A stretch of 64,000 nucleotides of DNA. It comes from Torpedo marmorata (lineage: Eukaryota). The position numbers and the translations under genes were made by a program. Each line of letters starts with the position of its first letter. The stretch's first letter is position 1. The stretch spans positions 81,282,001 through 81,346,000 of the forward strand of contig OZ360222.1 in assembly GCA_977017645.1 (NCBI GenBank), given 5' to 3'. Positions 37,970 to 51,177 of the stretch are shown one piece after another. Below the pieces are notes generated by a model. The model worked only from the letters and a program-made list of their open reading frames with translations, searched no databases and was not told the origin of the DNA.

Positions 37970-38175
37970 AATCCCACCTCGCCCTCCCCCACTTGGTTCT
38001 AAATTCTCCTTCCCCATTCTTCTTCACCTAGTTCCACCTATCACCCCTGTCTCTCACTTCTGCCTCTTCTCTCTATGCTCTCAGTTCTGATGTAGGGTCT
38101 TGAACCAAAACGACAACTATTCCTGTGCCTCTCCAGATGCTGCTTGAGCTAACAGCTCCTCCAGCAGTTTATTTT
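37970..38175 (+). mobile_element. Penelope pseudo-LTR relic with a decayed hammerhead motif
   Basis: Pyrimidine tract, then CTGATGTAGGGTCTTGAACCAAAACGAC...GATGCTGCTTG...CTCCAGCAG. Confidence 0.6.
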
Positions 38176-38829
38176 ATTGCATTACGGAACTGCATTTTGA
38201 TTTCCCTGCATTGCTGGATTCCTCCAGGTAGAAAACATCATCAACTGCATGGATGTAACTTCCATCCATTTAATGTACAACTTCTTTTAGCTGCAGGCTT
38301 GCACCTAGCATCCTGGTTGTAAGTATGCATTCACAGTATGCCTGTCCTCGACTCTCACTCTTTAACATCTAAACCATGATGTGGCTGTTTGGCCAGAGGT
38401 ATCCTTTCACTACAAGACCAGTCCTTCCTGTCAGGAATGCAAACTCAGACAATGAGCTCAACTGCACTACGAAACCCATCACCCACTTACTCGATGCACA
38501 GAGTATGAGAGCAAGAAGCTTATCCTAGAACTGTATGCAGCAATGTAAGGAAGAACATTTCAGCACAGGAACAGGCCCTTTAGCCACAAGACCATGATGC
38601 CAAATTAAATTTCGCCTGCATAGATTCAAGAAGCGCAGGCGAAGCTTGTAAGCTACTAGCAGATCATCTCTTCTCATAAGTACAGCCATTCTACTCTGCT
38701 CTCCCTGTACTCTAACACTTTCTGTCTACTGTGTGATTGTTAGAGCTGGCCTTTTAAACTGCTTGCAGAAGAACCCTTCTCACTATTCTAGGTATAATGT
38801 GATAAAAAAGCTTAAACTTGAACTTAAAC

Positions 38830-40560
38830 ATGATCTATATACCTCCATTCCCTGAATGTTCATGTGCCTGCCTAAATGCTTCTAAAATGTCATTATTGTA
38901 TCTGCATACACTTCCTCTCCCACCCCTGGGCAGTGCATTCCAGTCACCTACCTTGCACATTTCCTTTAAACTTTCTTCCTCACACCTAAAAGCTATGGCC
39001 CCTAGTATTTGATATTTCCACCCTCTGAAAAAGTCTGATTATTGACCATATTTGTGCTTTCCATAATTTTATAAACTTCTATTAGGTCTCTCCTCAGCTT
39101 TTTATGTTCCAGAGAGAATAATCCAACTTTGTTCTACTTCTCTATTCCAGGTGTTACAAAATCAAACCAGCAACGACAGTAGACGCAATGCAAAAGGGGT
39201 AAAATTGAAATTTATATTTATTAAACACAATTAAACATATAATTTCACAACAATTAACCCCACTATAAACGTCTATAAACACTATTCTTATCTAAAAGGT
39301 GTGTGTGTGTAAAGCCCAGACCATTACAGTCTGTGCCCAACCCTTATGTAAAAATGGAAAAACTTTCCCCAAAAACCCCAGGTCAGTCATAAAAAAACAA
39401 GTCAGTCAAAAAAATAGAATAATACAGTCCACAAAATTCACTCTCTAAGTTCAGGCTTCAAATTCAGCTCTGTGTCTGGTAGAAGTACTTCTGAATGAAC
39501 GTTGGAGAGAGACAATGACTGTTTATGCTTACAAATACTTGTTTTCTTTTCTGATGACGTCCCCTTCTTTTGTGTTCATAAGGATTTCGAGTTCAGATCA
39601 GTATACCACTGATTTAGGCGTGTGCTTGAATCTCACAGCTAGTCTCGCTGATCTCACGCCTGTTCTCCACAGAAGTTGCTTTTAACTCAGAATTTCTCTG
39701 AGACAGGAGGCCATGTGCTATTCTGCCAGTCTTTTCTCTGACTATGCACAAGCCTAGATTTGGCTGTGTTCTCTAGCCTTTGCAATTCACAACTGTCTGC
39801 TTCTTGCAGAGATCTGCACCTGCTTTTGCAAAAGTGCAACAAATGTATCTTGTCCACAGTCTGTCTCTCTCTCTCTCTGGTCTCTCTCTGTCTGGGTACA
39901 CCAAAAGTCCAACAATGTATCTTGTCTGGGTACACCAAGTCCTGGGGAAGTTAACTCTTTCAGTACCTGGCCCCAGTGTATACTCCAAAAGACTTCATCC
40001 TTCCTGCTGACCGTCCGCAGTCCAAATGGTCAGTCATGGTCCATAACACAGGCAACATTCTGTTGAGCCTCTTCTACACCCTTTCCAAAGTCTCCATATT
40101 CTTAATGTAATGCCGCAACCAGAATTGCATTCAATACTCCAAATGTGGCCTAACCAAAGTTTTATACAGCTGCAACATGACCCCGACATTTATACTCAGT
40201 ATTCTGACCATTGAAGGAAAGCATGTTGCATGCCTTCTTTACCACTCTATCTACTTGTGTTGCCATTTTCAGGGAGTTGTGGACATGAACTCTTAAGATC
40301 CCTCTTGACATCAATGTACATAAGAGAACTGTTATTTACTGTATACTTTCCCCTTGCATATGACCTATCAAGGTGCAACACCTCACACTTGTTCAGATTA
40401 AACTTTATCTGCCATTTCTGCAACATGTCCCCATCTGATCTCCAATCTGCTGTATTCTTTGACAACCTTCTTAACTATCCAAAACTCTGCCATTTTTTTT
40501 GCATCATCTACAAACTTGCCAATCAGCCCACATACATTTTTGTCCAAATCATTTAGTGCT
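38830..40560 (-). mobile_element. CR1 LINE fragment split by a solo LTR
   Basis: TATTCCAGG|CAACATTC rejoins across the LTR; ORF 40247-40465 WQIKFNLNKCEVLHL. Confidence 0.8.
39152..40048 (-). mobile_element. Solo LTR (897 bp)
   Basis: TGTTA...TAACA termini, 4-bp TSD CAGG (39148-39151 and 40049-40052), AATAAA on the minus strand near 39220. Confidence 0.85.
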
Positions 40561-40804
40561 ATATGTATGTCCCAGCACTGAGGGAAAAAAAAACCAAAAC
40601 ATTATTGTGGAAAGTATCTTCTGAATAAACCCTGCTCTCAACACCAGTTATCCTTCACCTAATTCACACAGTCCTAGCACCCACCATTCGTATTCTCCTC
40701 GATCAAAATTATGAAAGCAACAGGTGAATTCAAGACAAATTGCCTCTTTGCCACCCCACCAATTCCTCTTTAGATTTGGCAATATGACAAATGTACAAGA
40801 TTGA

Positions 40805-41455
40805 ACCATAGAACATTACAGCACAGAAACAGGCCCTTCGGCCATTCAAGTCTGTGCTGATCCATTTTTCTGCCTAGTCCCACTGACCTGCACCCAGTCC
40901 ATAGCCCTCCATACCCCTCCCATCCACGTACCTGTCCAAATTCTTCTTAAATGTTAAAATTGAGTCCGCATTCACCACTTCAGCTGGCAGCTCATTCCAC
41001 ACTCCCACCACTCTCTGTGTGAAGAAGTTTCTTCTCCCCCACCACCCCCCCATGTTCCCCCTAAACTTTTCCCCTTTCACCCTTAACCCATGTCCTCTGG
41101 TTTGTATCTCACCTTCCTTCAGTGGAAAAAGCCTATCTACATTTACTCTGTCTATACTCCTCATAATTTTAAATACCTCTATCAAATCTCCCCTCATTCT
41201 TCTACACTCCAGGGAATAAAGTCCTAACCTGTTTAACCTTTCTCTGTAACTCAGTTCCTGAAGTTCTGGCAACATCTGAGTAAATCTTCTCTGCACTCTT
41301 TCAATCTTATTGATATATTTCCTGTAGGTAGGTGACCAAAACTACACACAATACTCCAAATTTGGCCTCACCAATGTCTTATACAACTTTACCATAACAT
41401 CACAACTCCTATACTCAATACTTTGATTTATGAAGGCCAATATGCCAAAAGCACT
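40805..41455 (-). mobile_element. Younger CR1 3' fragment
   Basis: ORF 40874-41296 QRRFTQMLPEL...SYRERL..LGLYSLE.RRMRGDLIEVFKIM...TRGH...FFTQRVVGVWN.LP. Confidence 0.95.
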
Positions 41456-42410
41456 CTATCTTGTGACATCTATCACAAATTGCCTTCATGTTATCCCTGG
41501 TATTTGCTTTACCTAACAGCCTTACAACCTAACAGCCTTACGATGTAGCCACCAGGAGTTATAGTATGTCACATAAAATCTATCTTTAGGCTCTTGAGAT
41601 GTCATTGGTGGGTAAGTTCAAGGGAGATTAATTGAAACTGGACCAACATTGCCTGAGATCAATAACAGCTAGCCAAAGAATGGGTGTGTTGTCATCCTGA
41701 ACCATGTGTTTGGATCAAGAATCAAAGCCACCGATGAGCCTGAGCCTCAACCACTTCCGTTACTATTTCAGATCTGGTGTAATACATATGTTTGTGAAGT
41801 CTCCAATTACATTAGTCTCTAAGCTTTGTATGACAGGTGAGAGGCTATATCTCAAAACCAAGAAGCTAGCTTTCTCATCTTCTAGTAAAAGAATTTCTGA
41901 ATCTGTAATCTTGTGCTAGGCCTTCAATCCAAGGTTGACTGTTGTCTCAGTGCTGTGCACGAAGACAGCAAGAATCCACTGGCCTCGGACTTTGTACATG
42001 AGCACCCAACAAGGCGTCTGGTTCTCTTTAAAAGGTGCACATTAACTGCTTACTGTGCATAGCAGGATAGTTACCTTGAACAAGGTTAGCTTCTAATCTA
42101 CTGCTTCTCTTGTTGTTTTATACCCCTGTCTTTCCTCTCAAGTTAACATTGCAGTTGAATTTCTACAAGCATGCAGGGAAACTGGAACTTGTTGTCTGAA
42201 AGGGCAGTAGAGGCAGAAACCTGAATCTGCCTATTCAGGGCCTTAACCTATGGAGCCACAAATCAGGAGCTGGGAAGTGAGATTAATCCGAATAACACCT
42301 TTCTTGACCAGCATTGATACGATGTGATGAATGGCTTCTGCGATATTTTGTTAAACGTTAGTCCAAGTGAATCTCAGAATGATATGAGTTGAAAAGGATA
42401 GCTTAGATTG

Positions 42411-42587
42411 CAGGGATGGCAAACCTTTTAATTTTTAATTTAGACATACAGCACGATAACAGGCCATTTCGGCCCATGAGTCCATGCCGCCCAATTAACC
42501 TACATCCCCGGTACGTACTCGTGGGCCGAAATGGCCTGTTACCGTGCTGTACGTATAAATCAAAAATTAAAAGGTTGGCCACCCCTG
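42411..42587. mobile_element. Chimeric fold-back MITE: hAT-type TIRs with inverted V-SINE tail arms
   Basis: CAGGGATGGCAAACCTTTT...AAAAGGTTGGCCACCCCTG; ~71-bp arms contain the SINE tail; flanks GCTTAGA(TT)G and GCTTAGAG. Confidence 0.8.
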
Positions 42588-42591
42588 GCTT

Positions 42592-43140
42592 AGAGTCATA
42601 GGGTTTTACACCACAGAACAGGCCCTTTGGCACAACTTTTCTATGCTGTCTACATGAACTAGTCCCATTTGCCTGCATTTGGCCCATATCCTACTAAACC
42701 TTTCCTATCCAGGTACCTGTCAAAATGTCTTTTAAATGTCATAGCTGTACCCATTGCTACAATGTCCTAGCCTATCCAGCCTCTTGTATCTCAAGTCCAC
42801 CAATCCTGGTAATATTCTCATGAATCTTTTCTGCACCTTTTCTATCTTCTTTACTTATTTTCTATAGCTGGGTGACCAAAACTGAATACAATATGCTAAG
42901 TGTGGTCTCACCGATGTCTTGTACAGTTGTAACTTGACATCCCAACTCCTGTTCTCAGTGCCCTGACTGATGAATGGAAGCATCCTAAATGCCTTCTTCA
43001 CCACTCTGTCTACCTGTGTTTCCACTTTCAGGGAACTATCGACCTGTTCTACAATACTTTCCTGGGCCCTACCATTTCCTGTTCTCTGGTTTAACCTGCC
43101 AAAATGCAATGCCTTGCACTTGTCCAATTTAAATTCCATA
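42592..43140 (-). mobile_element. CR1 fragment
   Basis: ORF 42855-43139 MEFKLDKCKALHFGR...SLKVETQVDRVVKKA...LYKTSVRPHLAYCIQFWSP. Confidence 0.9.
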
Positions 43141-43861
43141 GTTTAGCTGCCCTTGTCAATTCATTGAACTTCTTCCCAAATTACGCCCTGTGTGTGACAT
43201 TGTCCACTCAAATCTGGTGGCTGGCTTGGAAAGTTTGCCACTACCTGCTAGTTGGAAGACATCACATCTCCTATTGCCCTCCTTCACCAGTATCTCTGAA
43301 GCATGGTCTAAAAATCTCTTGCAACTTTTCTGCTTGACCTTGCTCTCTGATCATTCTCTGCAACCAAGCTCAATATCCCCTTTGTAAGAGGTGCAGATTG
43401 TAAGATACGTCTCCCATCTGGTAAGTTGCCAGTTCTCAACATGAGCTGCACTGCCACCCTGCCTACTTAGTTCTTGTTCATGAGATCCACATATGAAGAG
43501 TCTTGTTTGCAGGTATAGATCAGGCGAGCATTTCACTTGCGGATCCCCTTCTGCTCACAAAGACACTATGAGAGTAATGTTTACCTTTAAAGTTTCATAT
43601 ACTGTGTTATTGGCATTCACATACCCTTGGAAAATATATTCATCCAGCTGGTTGTATGGAAAGAACAAATAATTGAACAATATTTTCTTATTAGTATTCT
43701 ATTTCCTTCTTTCCTGTAGCATCATATTACTTTATATGAAAGGAACATAAGATTGATAAACATTAAAACAGCTGCATATTCTCTTAATTGTGATTTTCAC
43801 ATGCCACAATGAAGTGAATAAACAGAGTAATTTTGAAAGAGCAAAATAGTTTGAAACACCA

Positions 43862-46800
43862 ATTTTTTTTTAACCTAAAATAGACTTTATTCACAATAGA
43901 TTATTTACAAAAGGAAAACCATTCAAAATCTCTTCCAACCATTAACTTTGTATCCATACATTTCCATCGCTATTAATTGTTACATTCATTTCTATTTACA
44001 CCATTGCCACCACTGTGGCATCATGTCGTTACTCTCCCTTCTGTTGTTTGAGGGGCTTCTCCTCGGTCTCGGCCCCTCAATGCCCAGTAATGGAAGGACT
44101 GTAGACTGTGGTCCTTCCCCCACAGTGCCCTCGTGTTATCTGCGCCAAACATCAGTGCATCCGTCAGAACGTACTCCTGCAGCCTGGAATGTGCCAGTCA
44201 GCAGTATTCCCACACCGACATTTCTGTGTGCTGCCAACAGGTTTCAGGCAGATCAAAGTGTGTCTTTTAACAAGTTGATGGTCTTTCAGCAGTTCTGGAA
44301 GTCTGACTCTGTGCGCATCCCCGGGAACAGCCCGTAATCAGAGAATCCTCTGTGATGCTGCTGTTCTGGATGAACTGTGACAAGGACCCTTGTTTCCTTG
44401 TCCACACACTCCCAGTAAATCTGCTTTCTGCAAAGAGGTGGGCGATGGTCTCTACTCCATCGCACTCATCTTGGAGACAATGTGCGGTATGGATGATGTT
44501 CCCGTTGTACAGGAATGATCTGATTGGAAGGGCTCCTCTCACCGCCATCTAGGCCAAGTCCTGGTGCTTATTTGAAAGCAATGGCAATGAGGCATTCCGC
44601 CAGATGAGCTGGACGATCTACTCCGGGAACCACCCCACCGTGTCCATCGAGTCCTTGTCTCTCAAAGTGTTTGCAGGACGTTCCATGGGACCACTGCTAG
44701 ATGGCCTTGTGGTCAAAGATGTTTGTCTGGAAAAACCTTTCCACGAAGGCTAGGTGGTGTGTCAAAATCCAGGTGACTGGGACATTGCGCGGCAATAGGG
44801 CCAGGCCCAATCCTTCGCAACACCTGGGACAGGTAGAACCTCAGAACATAGCAGCACAGTGCCCTCATACTTTGGTTCCACGCACAGCCTGTTGCACCCA
44901 CACACATTGTCTGGTGACTTGTACATGCCAACCTGTTGGACCTTTTCCATCTTGGATCTCCATATGAACCTGAAAACCAGAATCTCCCACACCTCCTCTG
45001 GTGGAGGTGCGGGTGATTGGCCACACCTGTGCCACGTACAGCAGAACCGAGAGCACCTCGCATCTGATGACCAGGTTCTTCACAGACGTGTCCACAGACC
45101 CAAGTTCTGGTGGACCTTTGCAATCCGCTCTGGCCAATTTTTGTTGCATGCCTCGGCCCATCCAAACCAAATCCCCAACACCTTCAAGTAGTCAGATCTG
45201 ACTGAAGGGGATAGTTGACTGGCCAGATTAGTTACCAAAGAGCATTGCTTCGCTCTTCTTCTGGTTTGGCCTGGCATCCGATGCAGACTCAAAATGACTG
45301 CAGATGCTGATCAGTCTGTGGAGTGATCGTGTGTCCGAATAGAAGTCCGCGATGTCATCCATGTACAGGGAGGCCTTGATCTGAGTGCCTCCACTGCCAG
45401 GCAACGTCATTCCTCTTATACTCTCGTCCTTCCTGATGGATTCAGCAAAGGGCTCTATGCAGCACACAAATAAGACGAGAGAGAGTGGGCAACCCTGCCT
45501 GACTCCAGACTTGATGGAGAACCTATTTGTTTCCCACCCATTGATTTGAACTGCACTACAGATGTCAGTTTAATCTAATTTCAGATTCCATCCCCAAATC
45601 CTATTTTGGAGAGCACATCCATCATGTACGTGTGTGATATCTGGTCAAAAACCTTCTTGAGTACGCTGACCAGGCAGGTGTCCACCTTCCTGTCCTGCAT
45701 GTAGGTGATGCTATCTCTGAACAGTGCGAGGCTGCAGAGATTTTCCTGCCCAGAACCGTGCAGGTTTGGTCTGGGTAGATCACCTGCCCCATGGCAGACT
45801 TGACTCGATTGGTGATGGCTTTGGACAGGAATTTGTAGTCAACGTTTAACAATGAAATGGGTCTCCAATTCCTGATTTCCTTCTTCTCCCCCTTCTGTTT
45901 GAAGATAAGGGTGATGATTCCCTTCCTCATGAAGTCTGACATGCTGCCTGCCAGGAGCATAGTAGTGTATACTCCCAGCAGGTCCGGACTCACCCAGTTC
46001 CACAGAGCCATGTACAACTCAGCCAGTAAGCTGTCGCTTCTGGGAATTTTACTCAACCCAAATGAACCAGGGTAATTGGCTGGTCCAAACTCTCCTGCTT
46101 GCAGTCGTCTAAGACCTCCGTGATAGAGGACAGGATGCACTGGGAGGCCATTCTGCCTCTAGCCTTAGTGTCGTACAGTTCAGCATAAAAGAATCTGCTG
46201 TTCCTCTGAATGCCTCTCTGCAAGGTTGTGACTGAGCTGCCCTCTTCCTTAAGTCGGTGAATCACAGAGCTCCCTGTGTGAACCTTTTGGAAGAAGAAAT
46301 GTGAGCATGTCTCATCCTGCTCCACTGTGCGGACTCTGGATCAGATGATGATCTTGGAGAACTCTGAGGTGAATAGCGCATCTTGCTGGATCTTTGCCTC
46401 TTGGATTTCCTCCCTCACCTCCACCCCTTTCAACTTCAGAAGGAGGAATTGCTGCAGGTCAGTCTGGAGTTGGCTCAGTTCCCTATGCCTCTGTCTTGCT
46501 CTCCGAACACCTTTCAGGATAAATAACCTCTTGATGTTCTCCTTGGTCTCTTCCCACCAGTTCACTGGGGAGTCAAAGAAGGGTTTCACGGTTCTCCAAC
46601 CAGCGAACGTACTCCTTCTTTAGTTCTTCTCTGTTCTCTGGTGTCAGCAACTTCACGTCCAGCTTCCATATTCCCCTGCCCACCTTCTGGTCCTCCTGTA
46701 GGTGACAGGAGACATGAAGGAGGCAGTGGTCAGAGAAGAACACCGGCATGACATTGGTGGTTCTGAACGTGACAGCCTTCGACACGAAGACGAAGTCTAT

Positions 46801-47150
46801 CTGAGACCAGACTGAGCCCTCCGATCTTGACCAGGTGGATGCAGGGGTGCTCTACCTGCAGGGTTGCTGAAAGCATCGCACAGCAGTGCATTCTTTACCG
46901 TCCATCAGGAGTCTGGAGAAGCTGTCCAGTCTGCTGTCGTCACTGCTAGATCATCCAGCCGCATTGATGATGCATTTGAAGTCACCGGCCAGAACGACCG
47001 GTCTGAACATCACCAGCAGCGGTGGGAACTGCTAGTAGACGGCTAGCCTCTCACTCCGCACAGGCGAGGCGTGCACGTTGATCAGCCAAAGCAGGGTGTT
47101 GTGGTAAATCCACCATGAGGTGATAACCCCCGACCACCTTTTAACCACAC
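43862..47150 (-). mobile_element. Tx1-clade LINE (decayed EN-RT ORF2), 5'-truncated
   Basis: LINVHASP, FSDHCLL, WKLDVKLL, WRPISLLNVDYKFLSK, QGCPLS, SLYMDDI, ETIAHLFAE; AATAAA and A-tail at ~43862-43892. Confidence 0.92.
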
Positions 47151-47156
47151 AGATCA

Positions 47157-48155
47157 TTTTTTAAACCAAAAATGGACTTTATTCACAATATTTTTTTTAC
47201 ATAAGGAAAACCGTCCATAGTCTCTTCCCACGCTTAGTTTCATATCCATAACATTTCCATCATTGTACATTGTTACATTCATTTCTGTTTATACCATGAC
47301 CACCACTGTGGCATCTTGTTGTTACTCCTCCTTCTGTTGTTTGAGGGACTTCCCCTCGGTCTCAGCCCCTCAATGCCTGGTAATGGAAGGACTCAAGACT
47401 GTGGTCCTTCCCCACATGCTATCTGCACAAAGCCTCAGTGTGGCCCTCAGAATGTACACCTGCAGCCTGGAATGTGCCAGTCGGCAGCATTCCCTCACCA
47501 ACATCTCTGTGTGCTGAAAGACCAACAGGTTTCGGGGCAGACCAAAGTGCATCTTTCACCGAGTTGATGGCCTTTCAGCAGTTCTGGATGTCTGACTCTG
47601 TGTGTGTCCCCAGGTACAGTCCGTAAATCAGAAAGTCCTCTGTCATGCTGCTGCTGTGGATGAACTGTGACATGGACCCTTGCTTCCTTCTCCACACACT
47701 CCTCGCAAATCTGCATTCTGCAAAGAGTGGGCAACTGTCTTCTTTCCACCGCAGTCATCTTGGGGACAGCATGCGGTATGGATGATGTTCCGGTTCTACA
47801 GGAAGGATCTGACTGGGAGGGCTCCTCTCACTGTCAGCCAGGCCAAGTCCTGGTGCTTTTTCATGAGCACTGGTGATGAGACATTCCACCAGATGACCTG
47901 AACAGTCTGCTCAGTGAACCACCCTACCATGTCCATCGATGCCTCGTCTCTCAAAGTGTCTGCAGGATGTTCCATGCTGAGTACTGCCTGATGGTCTTGT
48001 GATCAAAGGTGTTTGTCTGGAAAAACTTTTCCACGAAGGATAGGTGGTGTGGCAAACTCCAGTTGACGGGGACATTGCGTGGCCACAGGGCCAGGCCCAT
48101 CCTTCGCAAACGGTGATTATGATGCAGCCACACACTAAGCTGATGAGCACACCAT
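47157..48155 (-). mobile_element. Second Tx1 3' fragment, directly adjoining the first copy
   Basis: Colinear with 43862-44820 (shared GACTTTATTCACAATA 3' end and RRMGLA/WPRNVP/SFVEKFFQTNTFDHK). Confidence 0.9.
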
Positions 48156-49739
48156 CCTACTGCTTTTAAAATGTTGGAAGAGGGCAAGCTGGGTCCCTTT
48201 TCTAATCATACTGAAGCTGGGTTGTAGATCTCTATGGAGAAAAATGTTTGTGGATATTTTTATGAGAAATTTTGATTTAATCTTAAAAATAGTTCGGCAC
48301 AAACCCCAAACAATAATTCATGCAAATTTTCTCATGGTTCCAAACTACCTCTGATAGATCAGAATAAGTACTGTCAGAAGTCCACCAATTTTACTGGGGC
48401 CAATCCCAGAATGTCATTTAAATGGCAGCTTGCCGCTGAACAGCAGGTTCTGTTGTCTGATTACAATCCATTTGCACATAAAAGTGGTGCTATGAGACTT
48501 AGAATTTAGCTTGTGATTTACTTTTGAAGTGAACATCCGCATAATTCCTTCTGTTTTCCCATTTAAAGTATTTCCATGGTTATGACTAAGATAAGCTTCA
48601 TTTCAGCAGGTCAAGAATGTGCAGTGTCAGTCCTGTAGTACTTTTAAGTACAAGATATAATAATCTTTGTACAATTCAGGCAGCATTGAAGTTTTCTTGA
48701 ATCCTGCATGGAGTTGTTTGTTGGTTTCTGAAAGTGCAGAAACCAGTTCAATCATTTAAAAAAAAAAGCTTGCAAATATTTTATGCTGTTGTTTGAAAAT
48801 TATATTGCACAAGATGGGAATAGATTATACTTAATGACTTGCATTGGTGGTGTTTAAAAACACAGAGCTGTCTGCTGATATTCGAAGAGTGTTTCATTTG
48901 CATTAATTCATTCCAGAGTATTCTGCAGTCTTTGATTTGCAGTGAAAATGTTGATGTGTATGCATTTTGATATTTTGTCGATGATAAACTCGTGTAATGC
49001 TGCATTGACTGAAGCAAAGAAAAACACAGTTGTATAACAATATTAATGTTGGACTTGGTCCCCCCATTGTGTTAGCATTTTGTAGCTACACTGGATTCAA
49101 AGTCAGCTGTGTAGAGATACAAATTGCTTACTAATCTATGTAGAGCTAATTTATATTGGATAGACTTTAATGAGATGCACCCAATCTTTTTACTTGTGCC
49201 ATGATTAGAATCAAGCCCCGGGTCTTGATAAATATTCCATCAGAGTATTCAAATTACCCTTAAGGGCATTAATATAGGATAATAGATGGTTGGCAGTGAA
49301 TTACAAGGCAGTAATTCAATCGAGTGGCTCTGATGATGTCATAAATTGAGAGCCGAAAGTGTCTTCTGAATATGAGCAGACTAACACCAACCCCCACCAC
49401 CGCCTAACCCCACCATCCTGGATTTAATTACGGCCTTAATCCATGGCCACCTATTACTTTCTTTTGTATCTCATTAAACAGAGAAGAATACTTACATGAA
49501 TTTCAACAGTTTAGGGAGGTTTGGTGGGAGCAGCAGATTTGTTGAGTGCAGAGGCACAGGTTATCATAATGCCACGAGAGTGGGAGTGAAATCGAAAATC
49601 CTCTTGACGAAAAATGGCTGATTCCAGTTAACTCGTATTGCTGCACATCTCATCTGCTGGATCAGAGGCATTAGTGGAGGCCTTCAAGAACATCACAGCA
49701 GATGCACATACAAGCAAAGACAGGGTACCTTGAACAAAA

Positions 49740-50250
49740 TATTTTTAGCCTTGCAGCATGGAAGTAAGGCTCGTTGATCCTGTGCTGACCACCAAATATC
49801 TCTCTCTGCTAATCCTCTCATCTAGTACTTGGCCCATGGACTTCTTAGCCATGCTGTTTCAAATGCTTATCTAAACACTACATTTTGTGAGAGTAGCTGC
49901 CATCTCCATCCTGAGATTCTACTCTGCATTCTCTGCAGTGCAATCACATCCTTCCGATGGTGAGACAACAAAAAGTGAACCCAGTGCTCCAGCTGTGGGC
50001 TAACTAATATCTACTTGTAATGTAACTTCCCTGTGCTTATATTCTCTGCCCCAGCTAATGAAGGCCATTTTAATCAACTTACCGACCTCGTCTGCTGCCT
50101 TCAGGAATCTTGGATGAGTACATTCCAATCCATCTGTTCATTAGTGCTTCCAGATGTCCTACCATTCATTGTGTATAATCCTAGCCTTACTAGACCTCCC
50201 AAAATGCATCATGTCCCATTTTTCAAGATTAAATTTCATCAAAACAGTGA
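49740..50250 (-). mobile_element. Old CR1 fragments
   Basis: Degenerate similarity to the other minus-strand CR1 copies (3' end GCAGCATGGAAGTAAGGC; CCCAAAATGCATC). Confidence 0.55.
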
Positions 50251-51096
50251 ATTTGGCTTAACATTTTTCCCCCCAGATTAGAAGCAGAACATTATTTTCA
50301 GCCAAATACATGCAGGAAATCCATTTGTACAGCCTTAATCTATGTACTTGTCTGAGAGAGCTGTTTGAATATACTTTATAATGGTTGTTTGATTTTATGT
50401 GTCTTGTGTGGGAGCTATTTTTAGCATACCAGACATTTGAAAACATCTTCAATTAAAACTTAAAATAAGCAATTAAATTTGTAACAATTTTCTGTCTTTT
50501 GAGATTATGCATAATTTATTTATTCTAATTTCCCCCATCTCATTTTGAAATTATTTCCTTTCTTTATGTTCCCTTGTACCATGTGTTATTCATGGGCCAA
50601 GAGTGAAGGCACAAAACCCATACCCAGAGTTGTAATGGTTCTGTAACCAGCAGCTAGAAGGTGTGCACATCCTTGATCTTTGTTATTGTCATTTTTCATA
50701 ATGGATCAACTGAATCTTTTGTTGATAATCCAAGGCCAAGGTTATTGATGCTGAAAATTCTCAAGACAAAAATGAGTAGGAGAATGAGCATGAGTTTTGG
50801 AGAACTAATTTGTTAATGACAAGGAATCCTTAAAACCTTGAAAATTGTAGAAGTGTGGGGAAGCAGAGGAAAAAATGTATTTGCATTATTTTAAACTCTT
50901 GAGAGAGAGCAGACAATGTGATTATTTTTGATTTTAAAACAGTAAAAAGCTGGGAGGGGTGATATGTAGGATGGCGTTATTATTAGTAGAGACCCTTTAT
51001 TTTGATGGATGGTGAGCACCTGTTAACTATTTGTGTAGGGAAAGAAAATGTGCAATTAAAATGTGATCTTTCTCCCCCTTTTCTCCCTCATTGAAG

Positions 51097-51177
51097 ACGC
51101 TGCGCTGCAGTTCCACAGGTGTCGACAGCTCTCCCCACTTCGTCCAAGAGCCCATTCTTCATGTGGAAACTTAAACC
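51097..51177 (+). other. Putative exon of the host gene (81 nt); possibly the first coding exon (ATG at 51161, MWKLKP...) or a symmetric exon
   Basis: Long pyrimidine tract TCTTTCTCCCCCTTTTCTCCCTCATTGAAG acceptor, ACC|GTGAGT donor, higher GC/CpG than the flanks, two of three frames open. Confidence 0.6.

Noticed and set aside
24579-51177. Assigning a gene symbol to the host gene (MEF2C, BDNF and others considered)
   Set aside because: The candidate exons match none of the sequences I can recall; any name would be a guess.
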